A DNA stretch of 64,000 nucleotides from an uncultured Gammaproteobacteria bacterium (GCA_965231005.1 OZ246405.1:39204-103203); one strand, 5' to 3'. Positions 18,390 to 28,821 are shown, numbered from the stretch's first letter. Translations and numbers: made by a program. Notes: generated by a model from the sequence alone, not told the origin.

Positions 18390-18496
18390 GAGCATATCTA
18401 GAAATTAAAAATTGGAAATCAGGGGTTAGGGAATACTGACAGTAATATCTTATTTAGTTCCCTAATTTCTAGTTTCTAGTTTCCAGTTTCCAATTT
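18390..18496. repeat. inverted pair of TAGTTTCC-family 8-mer arrays (GAAATTAAAAATTGGAAATCAGGGGTTAGGGAA ... TTCCCTAATTTC TAGTTTC TAGTTTCC AGTTTCC AATTTC) around a 24-bp core
   Basis: Read directly; left arm is the reverse complement orientation of the right arm. Confidence 0.6.
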
Positions 18497-18502
18497 CAAT
18501 TT

Positions 18503-19282
18503 TTAAAATCTTCTTCCCTTTCCAACAATCATCTTAATTCTACTCTTTGCCAATTTTATTGTAATCTTTGTTTCTTTTGATTCCTTTCCATCGGCCTGCA
18601 CAACAAAGGGTTTTGTGCTACTTACAATCATTTCTTCAAATGGGAACACACTTGGATCTTCGTATACTGGACGAATAATTTTCTTTCCAAGTACTGGACG
18701 TAAAAACGCTTCTAACTTTCCATCTTGCGGATGAACTGTTACACGATCCTGCTTTCTCATTCCTCTCCATTCAAATGGCTGTAAGTTACACACAACCAAT
18801 TCAATTTTTGCACCTTGTCGTGCCGATACTTTAAACCGTTCATCGTACTGCACAGTCACATCACTTGCAGGAATATGCAGACGAGAAATAAAATATCTAT
18901 TATTGAACCAACCTACATCTAACTTTACTTTTCTTCTTCGTGAAAGAACATCACATGCTTCTACACCAACTGGAATACCAAGCACATCTGCGATTGAGTT
19001 ATCCGATCCTATAGGGAGAAAACCAAAGAGCGTATCGCAAATTGCTGCGCGAGAAAGAACATGACCAAAGGTCTCATCATTTCCAACAATCACAATAGCG
19101 GTCGCGCCACGTTTTATTTCTTCCTCTACAATTGCATGTGCATTTGTATAGTTTTGAAGTCGGATTATTTTACCAGCAATACCAAAGTCTGTCAACCGTG
19201 TCTCCATGGTCTTAATGGTACTTGCAAACTTTTTTTGCTTTAAAAAGTTGTCGTATAAATATACGTACATAATAGATAACAA
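18503..19282 (-). CDS. diacylglycerol kinase catalytic-domain (YegS/DagK-like) lipid kinase
   Basis: IVIVGNDETFGHV and LPIGSDNSIADVLGIP motifs of the DAGK_cat / NAD-kinase-like fold. Confidence 0.6.
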   Translation of the reverse strand: MLSIMYVYLYDNFLKQKKFASTIKTMETRLTDFGIAGKIIRLQNYTNAHAIVEEEIKRGATAIVIVGNDETFGHVLSRAAICDTLFGFLPIGSDNSIADVLGIPVGVEACDVLSRRRKVKLDVGWFNNRYFISRLHIPASDVTVQYDERFKVSARQGAKIELVVCNLQPFEWRGMRKQDRVTVHPQDGKLEAFLRPVLGKKIIRPVYEDPSVFPFEEMIVSSTKPFVVQADGKESKETKITIKLAKSRIKMIVGKGRRF

Positions 19283-19299
19283 ATTGAATCTGAGAAAAA

Positions 19300-19755
19300 T
19301 TACTCAGACAATGCTTCCTCTGTTTTTATACGACTTTTTGATGTTCCCTTTTTTCTCGTTACACCACCCTTTACCATCTCAATTCCTTTCATAGTAATTT
19401 TTCCATGAACAAGTGCACCAGCTTCAACAGAAAGAACTTTACATGCAATATCTCCAGCAATACGCGCTGTTGCCTTTAAATCAATTCTATCACTCACTTT
19501 TACATTTCCAGAAATTTCACCAGCAACCACTGCTTCACCTGCACGAACATTTGCAGAAATTTTTGCTCCTTCTTGGACAGTAAGCAAGCGGCTTGTTTTT
19601 ACATTTCCAGCAACACTTCCTCTGACAAGGATATCACCTTCAGAAGAAAAGTCTCCTTCTACATGGACAGAAGGGCCGACAACAGTCTCTACTGTATCTG
19701 GTTCTTTGTTTGTTTCTGGATCTTCATAAATTGGCTCTGGAGTTTTTTGAAACAT
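19300..19755 (-). CDS. bactofilin family cytoskeletal protein
   Basis: Repetitive beta-helix pattern (GDILVRGSVAGNVKT..., AVVAGEISGNVKVSDRIDL..., GDIACKVLSVEAGALVHGKI) typical of DUF583/bactofilin. Confidence 0.7.
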   Translation of the reverse strand: MFQKTPEPIYEDPETNKEPDTVETVVGPSVHVEGDFSSEGDILVRGSVAGNVKTSRLLTVQEGAKISANVRAGEAVVAGEISGNVKVSDRIDLKATARIAGDIACKVLSVEAGALVHGKITMKGIEMVKGGVTRKKGTSKSRIKTEEALSE

Positions 19756-19882
19756 ATATACTTGTTATAAGTAGGATAAAGATTGTCTATAGGTTTGTAT
19801 ATAATAGCGCATGTCTCAAAAAAATTCAAATCCTTGAATACAATATGTGGTCAAAGAAAAACAGGCTATTATAGCCTGCTCT

Positions 19883-22834
19883 TTATGATGGTTGTTCTTG
19901 TTCTCGAAGCTCTTCCCAGCGCGTTTGAATGTCAACCATAATTTGCTCAGACTCATCCAACCCCTGCCCGCTCGATAACTTCTCCATAATAGCCAGCTGC
20001 TTTCTACTTGCTTCTGCAAACAAAGATTCCATGGTATGCATAAATGCAGGATCATGATCCATAGATTGATTATGTGCAACTTCGTGTGTCATAGTGCGCC
20101 AAGCTTCGTAAAAACCGTGATTGATAGTCTCGCTGTTTAACCCAATTGCTTTCCGCGCAATGTTCAAACCTTTTGATCCTGTGCCATTGTAAATAAACAT
20201 CTCATTTTGAATTGCAACTCCTGTTGACGCATGAACATATACTTGTAACAATGCAAGTCTTGCAAGCTGTTCCTTTGTTGGTGCTAGTTCAATTTCAAAA
20301 TCATTAATGTTTGCATCTTCTGGTGTAAGTCTATCTGCGATCCTTTTAATTTCATTACTGATTATTGCAACTGCACTCGCCTTTTTACTATCCTTTAATT
20401 TTGCAGAGACCGTATCAATTTCTGCACGACTGTGCTCTTCAATAATTTCTGCAAGATTTTTTCCTGTCAAATACCCTGCACCAACTTCTGCTGCTCCATA
20501 AAAATCACTGGACTCTCTCCATAAAAGATATTTATCAATCCGGCTTAACCCTTCTTTTTCATTTTCTGTACTTTCGCCTGCTTCAATTTCTTTTGTGATT
20601 GTTTTAAGCTTGTCTACTACTTCTGTTAGTTCAGGAACTTTTTCAGCCACACGCGAAATCTTTTCTTGGACTTTATCTGATGCTTCGACCACTTTGTGTT
20701 CTCCGCGTAGTCGTGGATCACGAAGATCTTGCTCTACTGGAACGTCTTCTAGTGATCGCTTTTCTTTTGTAACAACCTTTTTATCTGTTTTTTCTTTATT
20801 CTTTGCTCCTACAGCAGGTGTTTCTTTTTGAGTCAATCCTTCTACTGGCGCAGAAAGCAAATCTCTAAGTACTTTTGCTGATTGTTCGTCCAAATCAAAC
20901 TCAAAAAATAATCCGCCTTCTTGCTTAGACTCAGTAGTCCGTGAAAGCAACATATCCTCTCCTACAACATTATCTTTCTCAACACCAAATGTTGCAACAT
21001 ACTCACCTTGAGAAAGAAACGCACGATCATCTCTAAAATAAGAATTTGAAAGTCCTTCTTTAGCTACACCTCGTAGGAACGAAAGAGCCTTCTGATCATC
21101 TGTCTTTACACGAACCAATGGATGGGATAACAATTCTTTTGAAATCTTTACATCAGAATAAATTCGAAAGGAGCCTGGCCGATCTGGTCGTTCTATACAA
21201 TTTCCTTTTATACTCGCAAGCCTACTTACTATCATTTTTAATAATGCTTCTGAAGAATCAACATCATCAAATTCTTCAAAAGAAACTTCTACACCACTTT
21301 CTTTTGCTGCAGCTTCTCTTGCAATTTTTGCATTATATCTCTCTGGCTTTGCATTTACTGCCACATCAAGTGAATCGAGTTTTGAACTTGCCTCTGGCAT
21401 ACCAATTTTAGCAAAATAAGGAGGACACAACACATATCCCTGTTCTCTCAGTTCACGTGCGTTGTTCTGATTGACTGAATTATCCATTGCTAAATATTTT
21501 TTTCCTCCAAAATGCTCGTCAAATTGTGTTGGTGAATAATCTTTAATACGATACGAAGCTCCAAGACGACGAACCATTTCTTCAATGACAACAAAACAAC
21601 CAGGACGCCCTGAACTGGAAAACATACCACCATCTGAAAGTGTGCTCCACAAATGTTCAGATGCTTTTAATTGAGCAAGTAAATTATCTTTATCCATTGA
21701 ATTCACCAGCTCACGAGTATATTTTTCAAGTTCATAAGCCTTCACTGGCGGTCGATCAACATTCATTGCATATTTCACATTATTTAACTGCAATGTCATA
21801 AATTCAGGACCAACCCAAAAATCTTCTTCTGTTTCACCTTTTTTTTCATAACTCATCACTTGTCCATTCAAAAAGAGTCGACCTCGTTCTGTTTTACCAA
21901 GTGCATGGAGTGGAAGCCATTTAATTGCGCCATGTTTATTCTCAAAATCAGGATCTTGCAAAAAAGGATTCTCTTTTGAAACACCAATTGACTTAAGCTG
22001 ATCCATTATTGCAAAAATTTTAGGATCAGAAGTATCAATCACATATGCATTTGATCCTCTAGATTCTGTTTGTTGCAAATCTGCCAATAACCAGTCATGT
22101 TGCACATCTTTCATCGGTGACTGGCCTTTTCTTGCTAAGCGCTCTCTCATGTCAGCATTCACATCTTCTGCTCTATTTAAACTATAATCAACCTTCCATC
22201 CTTCACCATGAATTTCAAACGTTTCTACATCAAAATCACGCAATAACCGTATCGCTGCTTGCTTTAATCCAATCCCATTTCCACCTGCAGTATTTCTATC
22301 ATCAGGTTTTTCCGAATGTGGACTCAGCACACCTGTAGGATCGTTAAATTCCCAATTTCCTCTAATAATATACCGCCGCTTTCCTGGGCTAATTTCTTCA
22401 CTAACAATAGATACACCATTTAACGTACCAGGATCTTCTGGATTGTGATCAACAAAATTCTGAACTAATTCTCGAGAAAGCCATGCTGCATTGTATTGAT
22501 CCTTTGATTTATCTAAAAATTTATCTGTTGTAACAGGATTTGCATCTTTTCCATATTCACTTTCATAAAACCAGCGAATCATCTTTTGATCTGTTACAAA
22601 TCCTGATGGACCAGTCTTTTCTAGCTCTCTAGCAGGCACATCTGGGACATTAGCCGAAGCTGGCTCAGTCTGGACAGGCCTGTCAACTTGTTTTTCCCTT
22701 CTTTCCCTAGATGGAGGCGTTTGTACTTCTGGAGGTGTCGACGCTGACTTATCCCCTTTCCCTATACCAAAAAAACGCTTCCAACCTGGTTTGGAGTGTG
22801 AAATATCTAGATTAGGTCTCCTATGAACCCCCAT
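19883..22834 (-). CDS. large hypothetical protein (983 aa) with an N-proximal GHKL/Bergerat-fold ATPase-like region and a C-terminal HExxH motif
   Basis: N-box-like ELVQNFVDH and G1-box-like GGNGIGLKQAAIRLL; C-terminal MTHEVAHNQSMDHD; proline-rich basic N-terminus. Confidence 0.45.
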   Translation of the reverse strand: MGVHRRPNLDISHSKPGWKRFFGIGKGDKSASTPPEVQTPPSRERREKQVDRPVQTEPASANVPDVPARELEKTGPSGFVTDQKMIRWFYESEYGKDANPVTTDKFLDKSKDQYNAAWLSRELVQNFVDHNPEDPGTLNGVSIVSEEISPGKRRYIIRGNWEFNDPTGVLSPHSEKPDDRNTAGGNGIGLKQAAIRLLRDFDVETFEIHGEGWKVDYSLNRAEDVNADMRERLARKGQSPMKDVQHDWLLADLQQTESRGSNAYVIDTSDPKIFAIMDQLKSIGVSKENPFLQDPDFENKHGAIKWLPLHALGKTERGRLFLNGQVMSYEKKGETEEDFWVGPEFMTLQLNNVKYAMNVDRPPVKAYELEKYTRELVNSMDKDNLLAQLKASEHLWSTLSDGGMFSSSGRPGCFVVIEEMVRRLGASYRIKDYSPTQFDEHFGGKKYLAMDNSVNQNNARELREQGYVLCPPYFAKIGMPEASSKLDSLDVAVNAKPERYNAKIAREAAAKESGVEVSFEEFDDVDSSEALLKMIVSRLASIKGNCIERPDRPGSFRIYSDVKISKELLSHPLVRVKTDDQKALSFLRGVAKEGLSNSYFRDDRAFLSQGEYVATFGVEKDNVVGEDMLLSRTTESKQEGGLFFEFDLDEQSAKVLRDLLSAPVEGLTQKETPAVGAKNKEKTDKKVVTKEKRSLEDVPVEQDLRDPRLRGEHKVVEASDKVQEKISRVAEKVPELTEVVDKLKTITKEIEAGESTENEKEGLSRIDKYLLWRESSDFYGAAEVGAGYLTGKNLAEIIEEHSRAEIDTVSAKLKDSKKASAVAIISNEIKRIADRLTPEDANINDFEIELAPTKEQLARLALLQVYVHASTGVAIQNEMFIYNGTGSKGLNIARKAIGLNSETINHGFYEAWRTMTHEVAHNQSMDHDPAFMHTMESLFAEASRKQLAIMEKLSSGQGLDESEQIMVDIQTRWEELREQEQPS

Positions 22835-22835
22835 A

Positions 22836-24533
22836 TTACATTTCTTCTACTGTTTCTATAGTTAGTAAGCGAAGCCCTTCTTCTAAAACTTCCTTTACTA
22901 CTGAGCTAAGCGCAAGTCTTGCATTAACCACATCTTTACTTTCTGCCTGGAGTACAGAATGGTTGTGATAAAAATCATTAAACGCATGTGCAAGATCAAA
23001 ACAATATTTTGAAATAACAGAAGGATTATATTGCTGCAATGCCTTTTCAACAACGGTTGGGAATGATGCAAGCATTTTGAGTACCTTTTTTTCTTCATCT
23101 TCTTTTATAGCATCAAAATCGACCTTGGAAATTTTTCCAGCTTTTTTTAATAAACTATTAATACGCGCAACAGCATACAAAATATATGGTGCACTGTATC
23201 CATCAAAGCTTGTTGCTTCTTTAAAATCAAACGTAATATTTTTCTTAGCCTCATGCTTTTGCATGGTAAGTTTGAGTGAAGCAAGAGCCAATGTGCGAGC
23301 AGTTGAATTAATCTGCTCTTCACTCCAATCTTCATGACGCTCTGCAGTTTCTTTTTCTAATTTTTCTACAATCTCATTTCGTAAATCTTCATATAAAATT
23401 ACTTGCCCAGTACGAGAAGACATTTTTCCACTTGCTAAATTTACAAGACCATGTCCAATATGTGTCATCTTATGTGTAAAACCAGATAATTCCAACACTT
23501 TAAATAGTTGTTTGAAATAAAAATCCTGTTCAAGTCCAGTTAAATTAATGCTTTCTTCAACATTGTGTTTTTTGAATTTTTGCCGTGCAAGTTCTAAATC
23601 ACTTGTCATGTATAATCCAGCCCCGCTTGATTTTCTTAAAAGTGCAATATCCAAATTATATTCATTTAAATCAACAATAACAGCACCCCCTTCTCCAACT
23701 TGCGCTACCTTGTCTTTTAAAAGTTTATCTACAACTTTTTGTCCTCCATCTTTTACTTGATTTTCTAAAAATAATTCAACGTGCTCGGCTTTTAATTCTT
23801 TGTGAAGAATTTCAAACCCTGCCAAGCTTGCGTCTCTGGTTTTTTCATATAAATCCCAGATTTCAGGATCACGAGATTCAAGTTTTTGTTGTAATGCTTC
23901 AAGTTCTGGTTTAAGTTCTTCATTGTCTTTAATATGCTGACTTGCCTCGGCATAGACTTTGCCAAGCCATTGCTGAGTATTTTTTTCTTCTATGTTACCG
24001 TCATGCAAATTTAAAATTCCCCACAAACATCTTACAACATTTGTTCCAAAATCATTGATATAATTTATTGGAACAACAGTATATCCACTTTTTCTATAAA
24101 GCTGAACCAAAGTATTTCCAATGGCAACATTTCGCAAATGTCCAACATGAAATTCTTTATGTGTGTTTTGCGATGGATATTCAATCATCATTTTCTTTCC
24201 TTTTCCAATATTGTTTGATCCGTATTTGCTCCCCTGTTTTTGAATGTCAGTAATAACTAATTTAGCCAGTGCTGATGTATTGATATAAAAATTTACATAT
24301 GGACCAAATGCTTTTACATCTGTAAAAAGATCTGAAGAACTAATATCTATTTTCTCAATAAATTCTCCTGCAAGTTCAACTGGATTCTCCCCCTGCTCTT
24401 TTGCAAATGAAAAAACAGGAAACGCTAGGTCTCCCATTTCAGATTTTGGTGGAGGAGCTAAAGAAATATCACCAGAAATTCCAGCTTTCTTTAATACGCT
24501 CTTTATTTCTTTCTCTATCTGGCTGTGCATCAT
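22836..24533 (-). CDS. argS: arginine--tRNA ligase
   Basis: Class I HVGHLRN (HIGH) and MSSRTG (KMSKS-like) motifs; DALR-type anticodon-binding C-terminus ending in ...ETVEEM, typical of ArgS. Confidence 0.85.
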   Translation of the reverse strand: MMHSQIEKEIKSVLKKAGISGDISLAPPPKSEMGDLAFPVFSFAKEQGENPVELAGEFIEKIDISSSDLFTDVKAFGPYVNFYINTSALAKLVITDIQKQGSKYGSNNIGKGKKMMIEYPSQNTHKEFHVGHLRNVAIGNTLVQLYRKSGYTVVPINYINDFGTNVVRCLWGILNLHDGNIEEKNTQQWLGKVYAEASQHIKDNEELKPELEALQQKLESRDPEIWDLYEKTRDASLAGFEILHKELKAEHVELFLENQVKDGGQKVVDKLLKDKVAQVGEGGAVIVDLNEYNLDIALLRKSSGAGLYMTSDLELARQKFKKHNVEESINLTGLEQDFYFKQLFKVLELSGFTHKMTHIGHGLVNLASGKMSSRTGQVILYEDLRNEIVEKLEKETAERHEDWSEEQINSTARTLALASLKLTMQKHEAKKNITFDFKEATSFDGYSAPYILYAVARINSLLKKAGKISKVDFDAIKEDEEKKVLKMLASFPTVVEKALQQYNPSVISKYCFDLAHAFNDFYHNHSVLQAESKDVVNARLALSSVVKEVLEEGLRLLTIETVEEM

Positions 24534-25711
24534 ACTATTTTTGCAAAAAACCTTTTTCCTTTTTGAATAATATCTCCAGCATTTGCTGTGTGATCATGAG
24601 CATCAACCTTTTCATCATTTACTTTAATAGCATCACTATCAATTAAGCGACGAGCATCTGATTTACTTTTTGCAAATCCTGCTTCAACTAATACCTCTAC
24701 AATTGTTTTTCCAGCTGCTTTCAATTCTTCCATATCTTCTGGTTTTTCATTTGATTGAATCACACTTGCAAAATGATTTTTTCCTTGCTCGGCTGCTGCT
24801 TCTCCAAGAAATGTTTTTGTCACTTCAAATGCAAGACGCAATTTTGCATCTCGAGGATTCTTAGCACTTGTAATTTTTTTGACTTCTGCAATATCCACAT
24901 GCGTACACAATTCAAATCCAAGCATAATTGATTCATCTGACCAACGCATTACTTTCCCAAACATATCTTCTGGAGAATCGTTTAATGCAATCATATTCCC
25001 TTCGCTCTTTCCCATTTTCTTCCCAGCACCATCAACAAGCAATTTAGTTGTGAGAACAAACTTTTCCTTTTTCTTTAAATCTTTTAACAATGTTCTTCCT
25101 GCAAGCATGTTAAATGTTTGATCATTTCCACCAACTTCTCCATCAACGTCCATTGCAACAGAATCATATCCTTGCATAACAGGATATAAAAATTCATGAA
25201 GATAAATTGTTTTTCCTTCTGATAATCTATTTTGAAACATATCACGCTCCAAAAGTTGCGGAACAGTAAAGTTTGTACTTAACTCAACCACGTCTGCAAA
25301 TGACATACTTCCAAGCCATTCACTATTATATTTAAGCTCCACTGGATTATCACCCTTAAAATCAAGAATCGCAGATGCTTGTTCTTGGTATTCTTTTGCG
25401 TTTTCTAGCACATCTTCTTTTGTAAGTTTTTTTCTTGTAGAAGATTTGTCAGTTGGATCACCAATCATTCCCGTAAAATCTCCAATAAGCATGATGACTT
25501 TATGCCCAAGATCTTGGAACTGACGTAGCTTTAGCATGGTAATTCCATGACCAATGTGAAGTGTAGGCGCAGTCGGGTCATACCCAGTATAGAGTGTTAG
25601 CTGTTTTCCAGAAAGTAATTCTTTTTCCAAAAACGCACGCTTGGGATATACATGCTCTACTCCTCTGTCTAAAAGTTCTTTAATTTTTTTCTTGTCTTTT
25701 GATACAGCCAT
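24530..25711 (-). CDS. tyrS: tyrosine--tRNA ligase
   Basis: TLHIGHG (HIGH), KMGKS, and C-terminal S4 RNA-binding domain (ARRLIDSDAIKVNDEKV); overlaps the argS start by 4 nt. Confidence 0.85.
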   Translation of the reverse strand: MAVSKDKKKIKELLDRGVEHVYPKRAFLEKELLSGKQLTLYTGYDPTAPTLHIGHGITMLKLRQFQDLGHKVIMLIGDFTGMIGDPTDKSSTRKKLTKEDVLENAKEYQEQASAILDFKGDNPVELKYNSEWLGSMSFADVVELSTNFTVPQLLERDMFQNRLSEGKTIYLHEFLYPVMQGYDSVAMDVDGEVGGNDQTFNMLAGRTLLKDLKKKEKFVLTTKLLVDGAGKKMGKSEGNMIALNDSPEDMFGKVMRWSDESIMLGFELCTHVDIAEVKKITSAKNPRDAKLRLAFEVTKTFLGEAAAEQGKNHFASVIQSNEKPEDMEELKAAGKTIVEVLVEAGFAKSKSDARRLIDSDAIKVNDEKVDAHDHTANAGDIIQKGKRFFAKIV

Positions 25712-25712
25712 A

Positions 25713-28391
25713 TTATTTTTTTAATGTATTGAGTTGTTGTTCTAATTTTTCAAATTTATCTTTTGCATCTGCTAATTTTCTTTTTTCTGCATTAACAACA
25801 GATTCTGGTGCACTTTTTGTAAATCCTTTGTTACTCAACTTTCCTTCTAAACTTTTTACAAATGGTGCAACCTTTTTCATTTCTTTTTCAATACGCGCTG
25901 TTTCTTTTGCAATATCTACTGTCCCCTTTAGATCAATAAATACTTCAATACCTTTTTCAACAAAACCTACAAGTCCATCTTTATCTTTTATTTTTTTCTT
26001 TATATCAATGTCTTGAACGCGAGCCAATCCTTGAACAATATGTTGATTATCTTTCACAATATCTTCATCATCTCCTGTAACAATAATATCAATCTTTTTT
26101 CCAGCCTCAATTCCATATTCATTTCTAAGTGAACGAATGCCCACGACAATATTTTGAATTGCATCAAATCCATGAGTAGGATATACCATTGCTTGCGCTG
26201 GCCATTTTTCTACCATAAGGAATTCTTCCTTCCCATAAACTTCTTGCCAAATCGCTTCTGTAACAAATGGCATAAACGGATGCCAAAGTTTTAATACATT
26301 GTTCAATATATAATTAAGTATATCACTTTTCTTCCCTTCTATCTTTGCAATTTCCAAATACCAATCAGCAAGTTCATTCCAAGTGAAATCACGAAGTTTT
26401 TCTCCAGCAAGTGACAAACGAAATTCTTGAATATCATCGCTTACTTGATCTATCAAATCATGAAGGCGAGAAAGAATCCACTTATCTGCAAGTGTCTTTC
26501 CTTCTGGTTCTTTTATATCAATAACAGGTTTATCAATGTTGAGCAATGTAAATCGTGAAATGTTCCAAAGTTTATTTGTAAAATTTCTAAAACTTGCAAT
26601 CTTTTCTTCACTGAGTCGAGAGTCATTTCCTGGTGTTGCGCCAATAATTAATGAAAGTCGGACAGCATCGGTTCCAAATTTTTCTGAAACATCGAGTGGG
26701 TCAATAATATTATCAAGTGACTTACTCATTTTTCTTCCTTTTTCATCCCGAACCAGTCCATGAAGATACACTGTTTCAAATGGAATTTGTCCACGAAGAT
26801 ATGTGGTCATTAAAATCATTCGGACCACCCAAAACGTTAAAATATCATATCCTGTTTCAAGAACACTTGTTGGGTGATAGTTAGCTAAATCATGTTCAGG
26901 ACCTAATTCTCCTTTTTTAGGATTTTCCTGGACGGGCCAGCCCATCGGAGAAAAACTAAACATGCCAGCACTAAACCATGTATCAAGCGTATCTGGATCT
27001 TGTTCCCATCCTTCCCCTTCTGGTGGTTCTATACCAACATACACCTCCTTGTCTTTATACCAAGCAGGAACTCTATGTCCAAACCAGAGCTGTCGAGACA
27101 AACACCAATCTAATAAATTATCAACCCATTGAAAATAAGATTTTTCAAAACGTGCTGGCAAAATCGTAATATGTTTTTTCCGGACAACATGTTGCAAAAT
27201 AGATTGAATACTAACTTCTTCGCCTTTTTTGATTCCTTCAATCTCTGAATGTGGCATTTTAAATGTTTGTTTTACATTCAGCCACCACTGTTTCATAATT
27301 TGCGGTTCAATCACACCACCACCACGACTGTTTGTTGCAAGCTGATGTTTGTAGTTTTCATCAACTCTGTTAAGCAATCCCTTTTTATCTAATTTTTTTA
27401 CAATCTTTTTTCTTGCCTCTTCAATATGCATGCCAGCAAACTCTCCTGCAATTGGTAAAAGCTTTCCATCAAAATCAATCACTTGTTCTTTATCCAAATC
27501 CCAACGTTCTGCAATAAAAAAGTCAGTCGTATCATGCCATGGCGTAATTGTCATAACTCCAGACCCAAATTCTGGATCTGCTGCCTCATCCTTTATAACA
27601 GTTGCAATAATTGGACCATTGATCCATTCACATTCAAACGTATCTCCATGTTTGTAATCAGCGTACCTATCATCATCTGGATGCATAACAACATATTTGT
27701 CACCAAACTTTGTTTCAGGACGAGATGTACCAATTTCAAATGGTCCGTATTGAAAATAATAAAACGGTGCTTGTTCTTCTTTTCTTACCACTTCAACATT
27801 TGAAACATTCGATTGCATTTTTGGATCCCAATTTACGATTCTATCTCCTCTATAAATGAGGCCAGCATCATACATTGTTTTAAATGCAGTACGAACTGCA
27901 AGATTTAAATTCTCATCAAGAGAATAATATTCTCTTGACCAATCCATTGATGTTCCCATTTTTTTCGCTTGCTTCACAATTCTGTCATGACTGTTCTGTG
28001 CAAACTCTTCTACACGACGTAAAAATTTTTCCCTTCCTAAATCATGTCGAGTCTTTTTTTCTTCATCCCACAATATTCTTTCAACTTTTTCCTGTGTTGC
28101 AATTGCCGCATGATCTGTTCCTGGAACCCACAATGTTCTATCGCCTTTCATTCGATGATAACGAATCATAACATCTTCAACTGCAAGCATCACTGCATGA
28201 CCAATGTGAAGTGTTCCTGTAACATTTGGTGGCGGAAGAACAATTGAAAACGGCTCTGCATTTTTATCTGTCCCCCCTTTTTCAATACAAACATCTGGAT
28301 TAAAAAATCCGCTTTCTTCCCAGCGTTTGTAAATATCATCTTCGTATTGTTTTGGTTCGTATGCCTTTGAAAGTTCTTTTTTATTTGCCAT
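25713..28391 (-). CDS. valS: valine--tRNA ligase
   Basis: PPPNVTGTLHIGHA, KMSKSLDN, editing domain, C-terminal coiled coil; 892 aa. Confidence 0.9.
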   Translation of the reverse strand: MANKKELSKAYEPKQYEDDIYKRWEESGFFNPDVCIEKGGTDKNAEPFSIVLPPPNVTGTLHIGHAVMLAVEDVMIRYHRMKGDRTLWVPGTDHAAIATQEKVERILWDEEKKTRHDLGREKFLRRVEEFAQNSHDRIVKQAKKMGTSMDWSREYYSLDENLNLAVRTAFKTMYDAGLIYRGDRIVNWDPKMQSNVSNVEVVRKEEQAPFYYFQYGPFEIGTSRPETKFGDKYVVMHPDDDRYADYKHGDTFECEWINGPIIATVIKDEAADPEFGSGVMTITPWHDTTDFFIAERWDLDKEQVIDFDGKLLPIAGEFAGMHIEEARKKIVKKLDKKGLLNRVDENYKHQLATNSRGGGVIEPQIMKQWWLNVKQTFKMPHSEIEGIKKGEEVSIQSILQHVVRKKHITILPARFEKSYFQWVDNLLDWCLSRQLWFGHRVPAWYKDKEVYVGIEPPEGEGWEQDPDTLDTWFSAGMFSFSPMGWPVQENPKKGELGPEHDLANYHPTSVLETGYDILTFWVVRMILMTTYLRGQIPFETVYLHGLVRDEKGRKMSKSLDNIIDPLDVSEKFGTDAVRLSLIIGATPGNDSRLSEEKIASFRNFTNKLWNISRFTLLNIDKPVIDIKEPEGKTLADKWILSRLHDLIDQVSDDIQEFRLSLAGEKLRDFTWNELADWYLEIAKIEGKKSDILNYILNNVLKLWHPFMPFVTEAIWQEVYGKEEFLMVEKWPAQAMVYPTHGFDAIQNIVVGIRSLRNEYGIEAGKKIDIIVTGDDEDIVKDNQHIVQGLARVQDIDIKKKIKDKDGLVGFVEKGIEVFIDLKGTVDIAKETARIEKEMKKVAPFVKSLEGKLSNKGFTKSAPESVVNAEKRKLADAKDKFEKLEQQLNTLKK

Positions 28392-28647
28392 ATTTCTTAG
28401 TCCACCATTTTTTTATAAAAGGAATAGAAAGTGTTGAAAGATACCACCCTACAGCTGGGACAAGTGCTGTGCGCCACGCATCTGCACTTTCAATCATAAT
28501 AAGCCAGACAGCTGCAATAAGATATGTAAGAACAAAAATGGTTACCTTGCGAAATCCACTTGTTTCCCAGGCCTTATCTGCTTCAACTTTTTTATTTCTT
28601 CCTTCAATTTTTTCTACCCTTTGTTCAAGGTTAATATTGTCTTTCAT
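28381..28647 (-). CDS. small membrane protein (88 aa), overlaps the valS start by 11 nt
   Basis: Two predicted TM helices; operon position. Confidence 0.4.
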   Translation of the reverse strand: MKDNINLEQRVEKIEGRNKKVEADKAWETSGFRKVTIFVLTYLIAAVWLIMIESADAWRTALVPAVGWYLSTLSIPFIKKWWTKKYGK

Positions 28648-28697
28648 AACTACTAGTGTAGTAAAAAAAAGCTAAAAAAGCAAGATTTCTACAAAAT

Positions 28698-28758
28698 AAA
28701 GAAAAGGCGAAAAAGCTAAAAGGCGAAAAAGCTAAAAATTCTGAAAATGCTCTAAATT
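28698..28758. repeat. 9-bp periodic array (AAAAGGCGA AAAAGCTA AAAGGCGA AAAAGCTA AAAATTCTG AAAATGCTCT), reverse orientation
   Basis: Tandem units of the AAAGCCTTT-family read on the complementary strand. Confidence 0.55.
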
Positions 28759-28821
28759 AAGTCAAAATCTCCCTAAAATTGATCTTTCTTTAGTGGACAA
28801 TCCACTGTGGGTATACAATGA

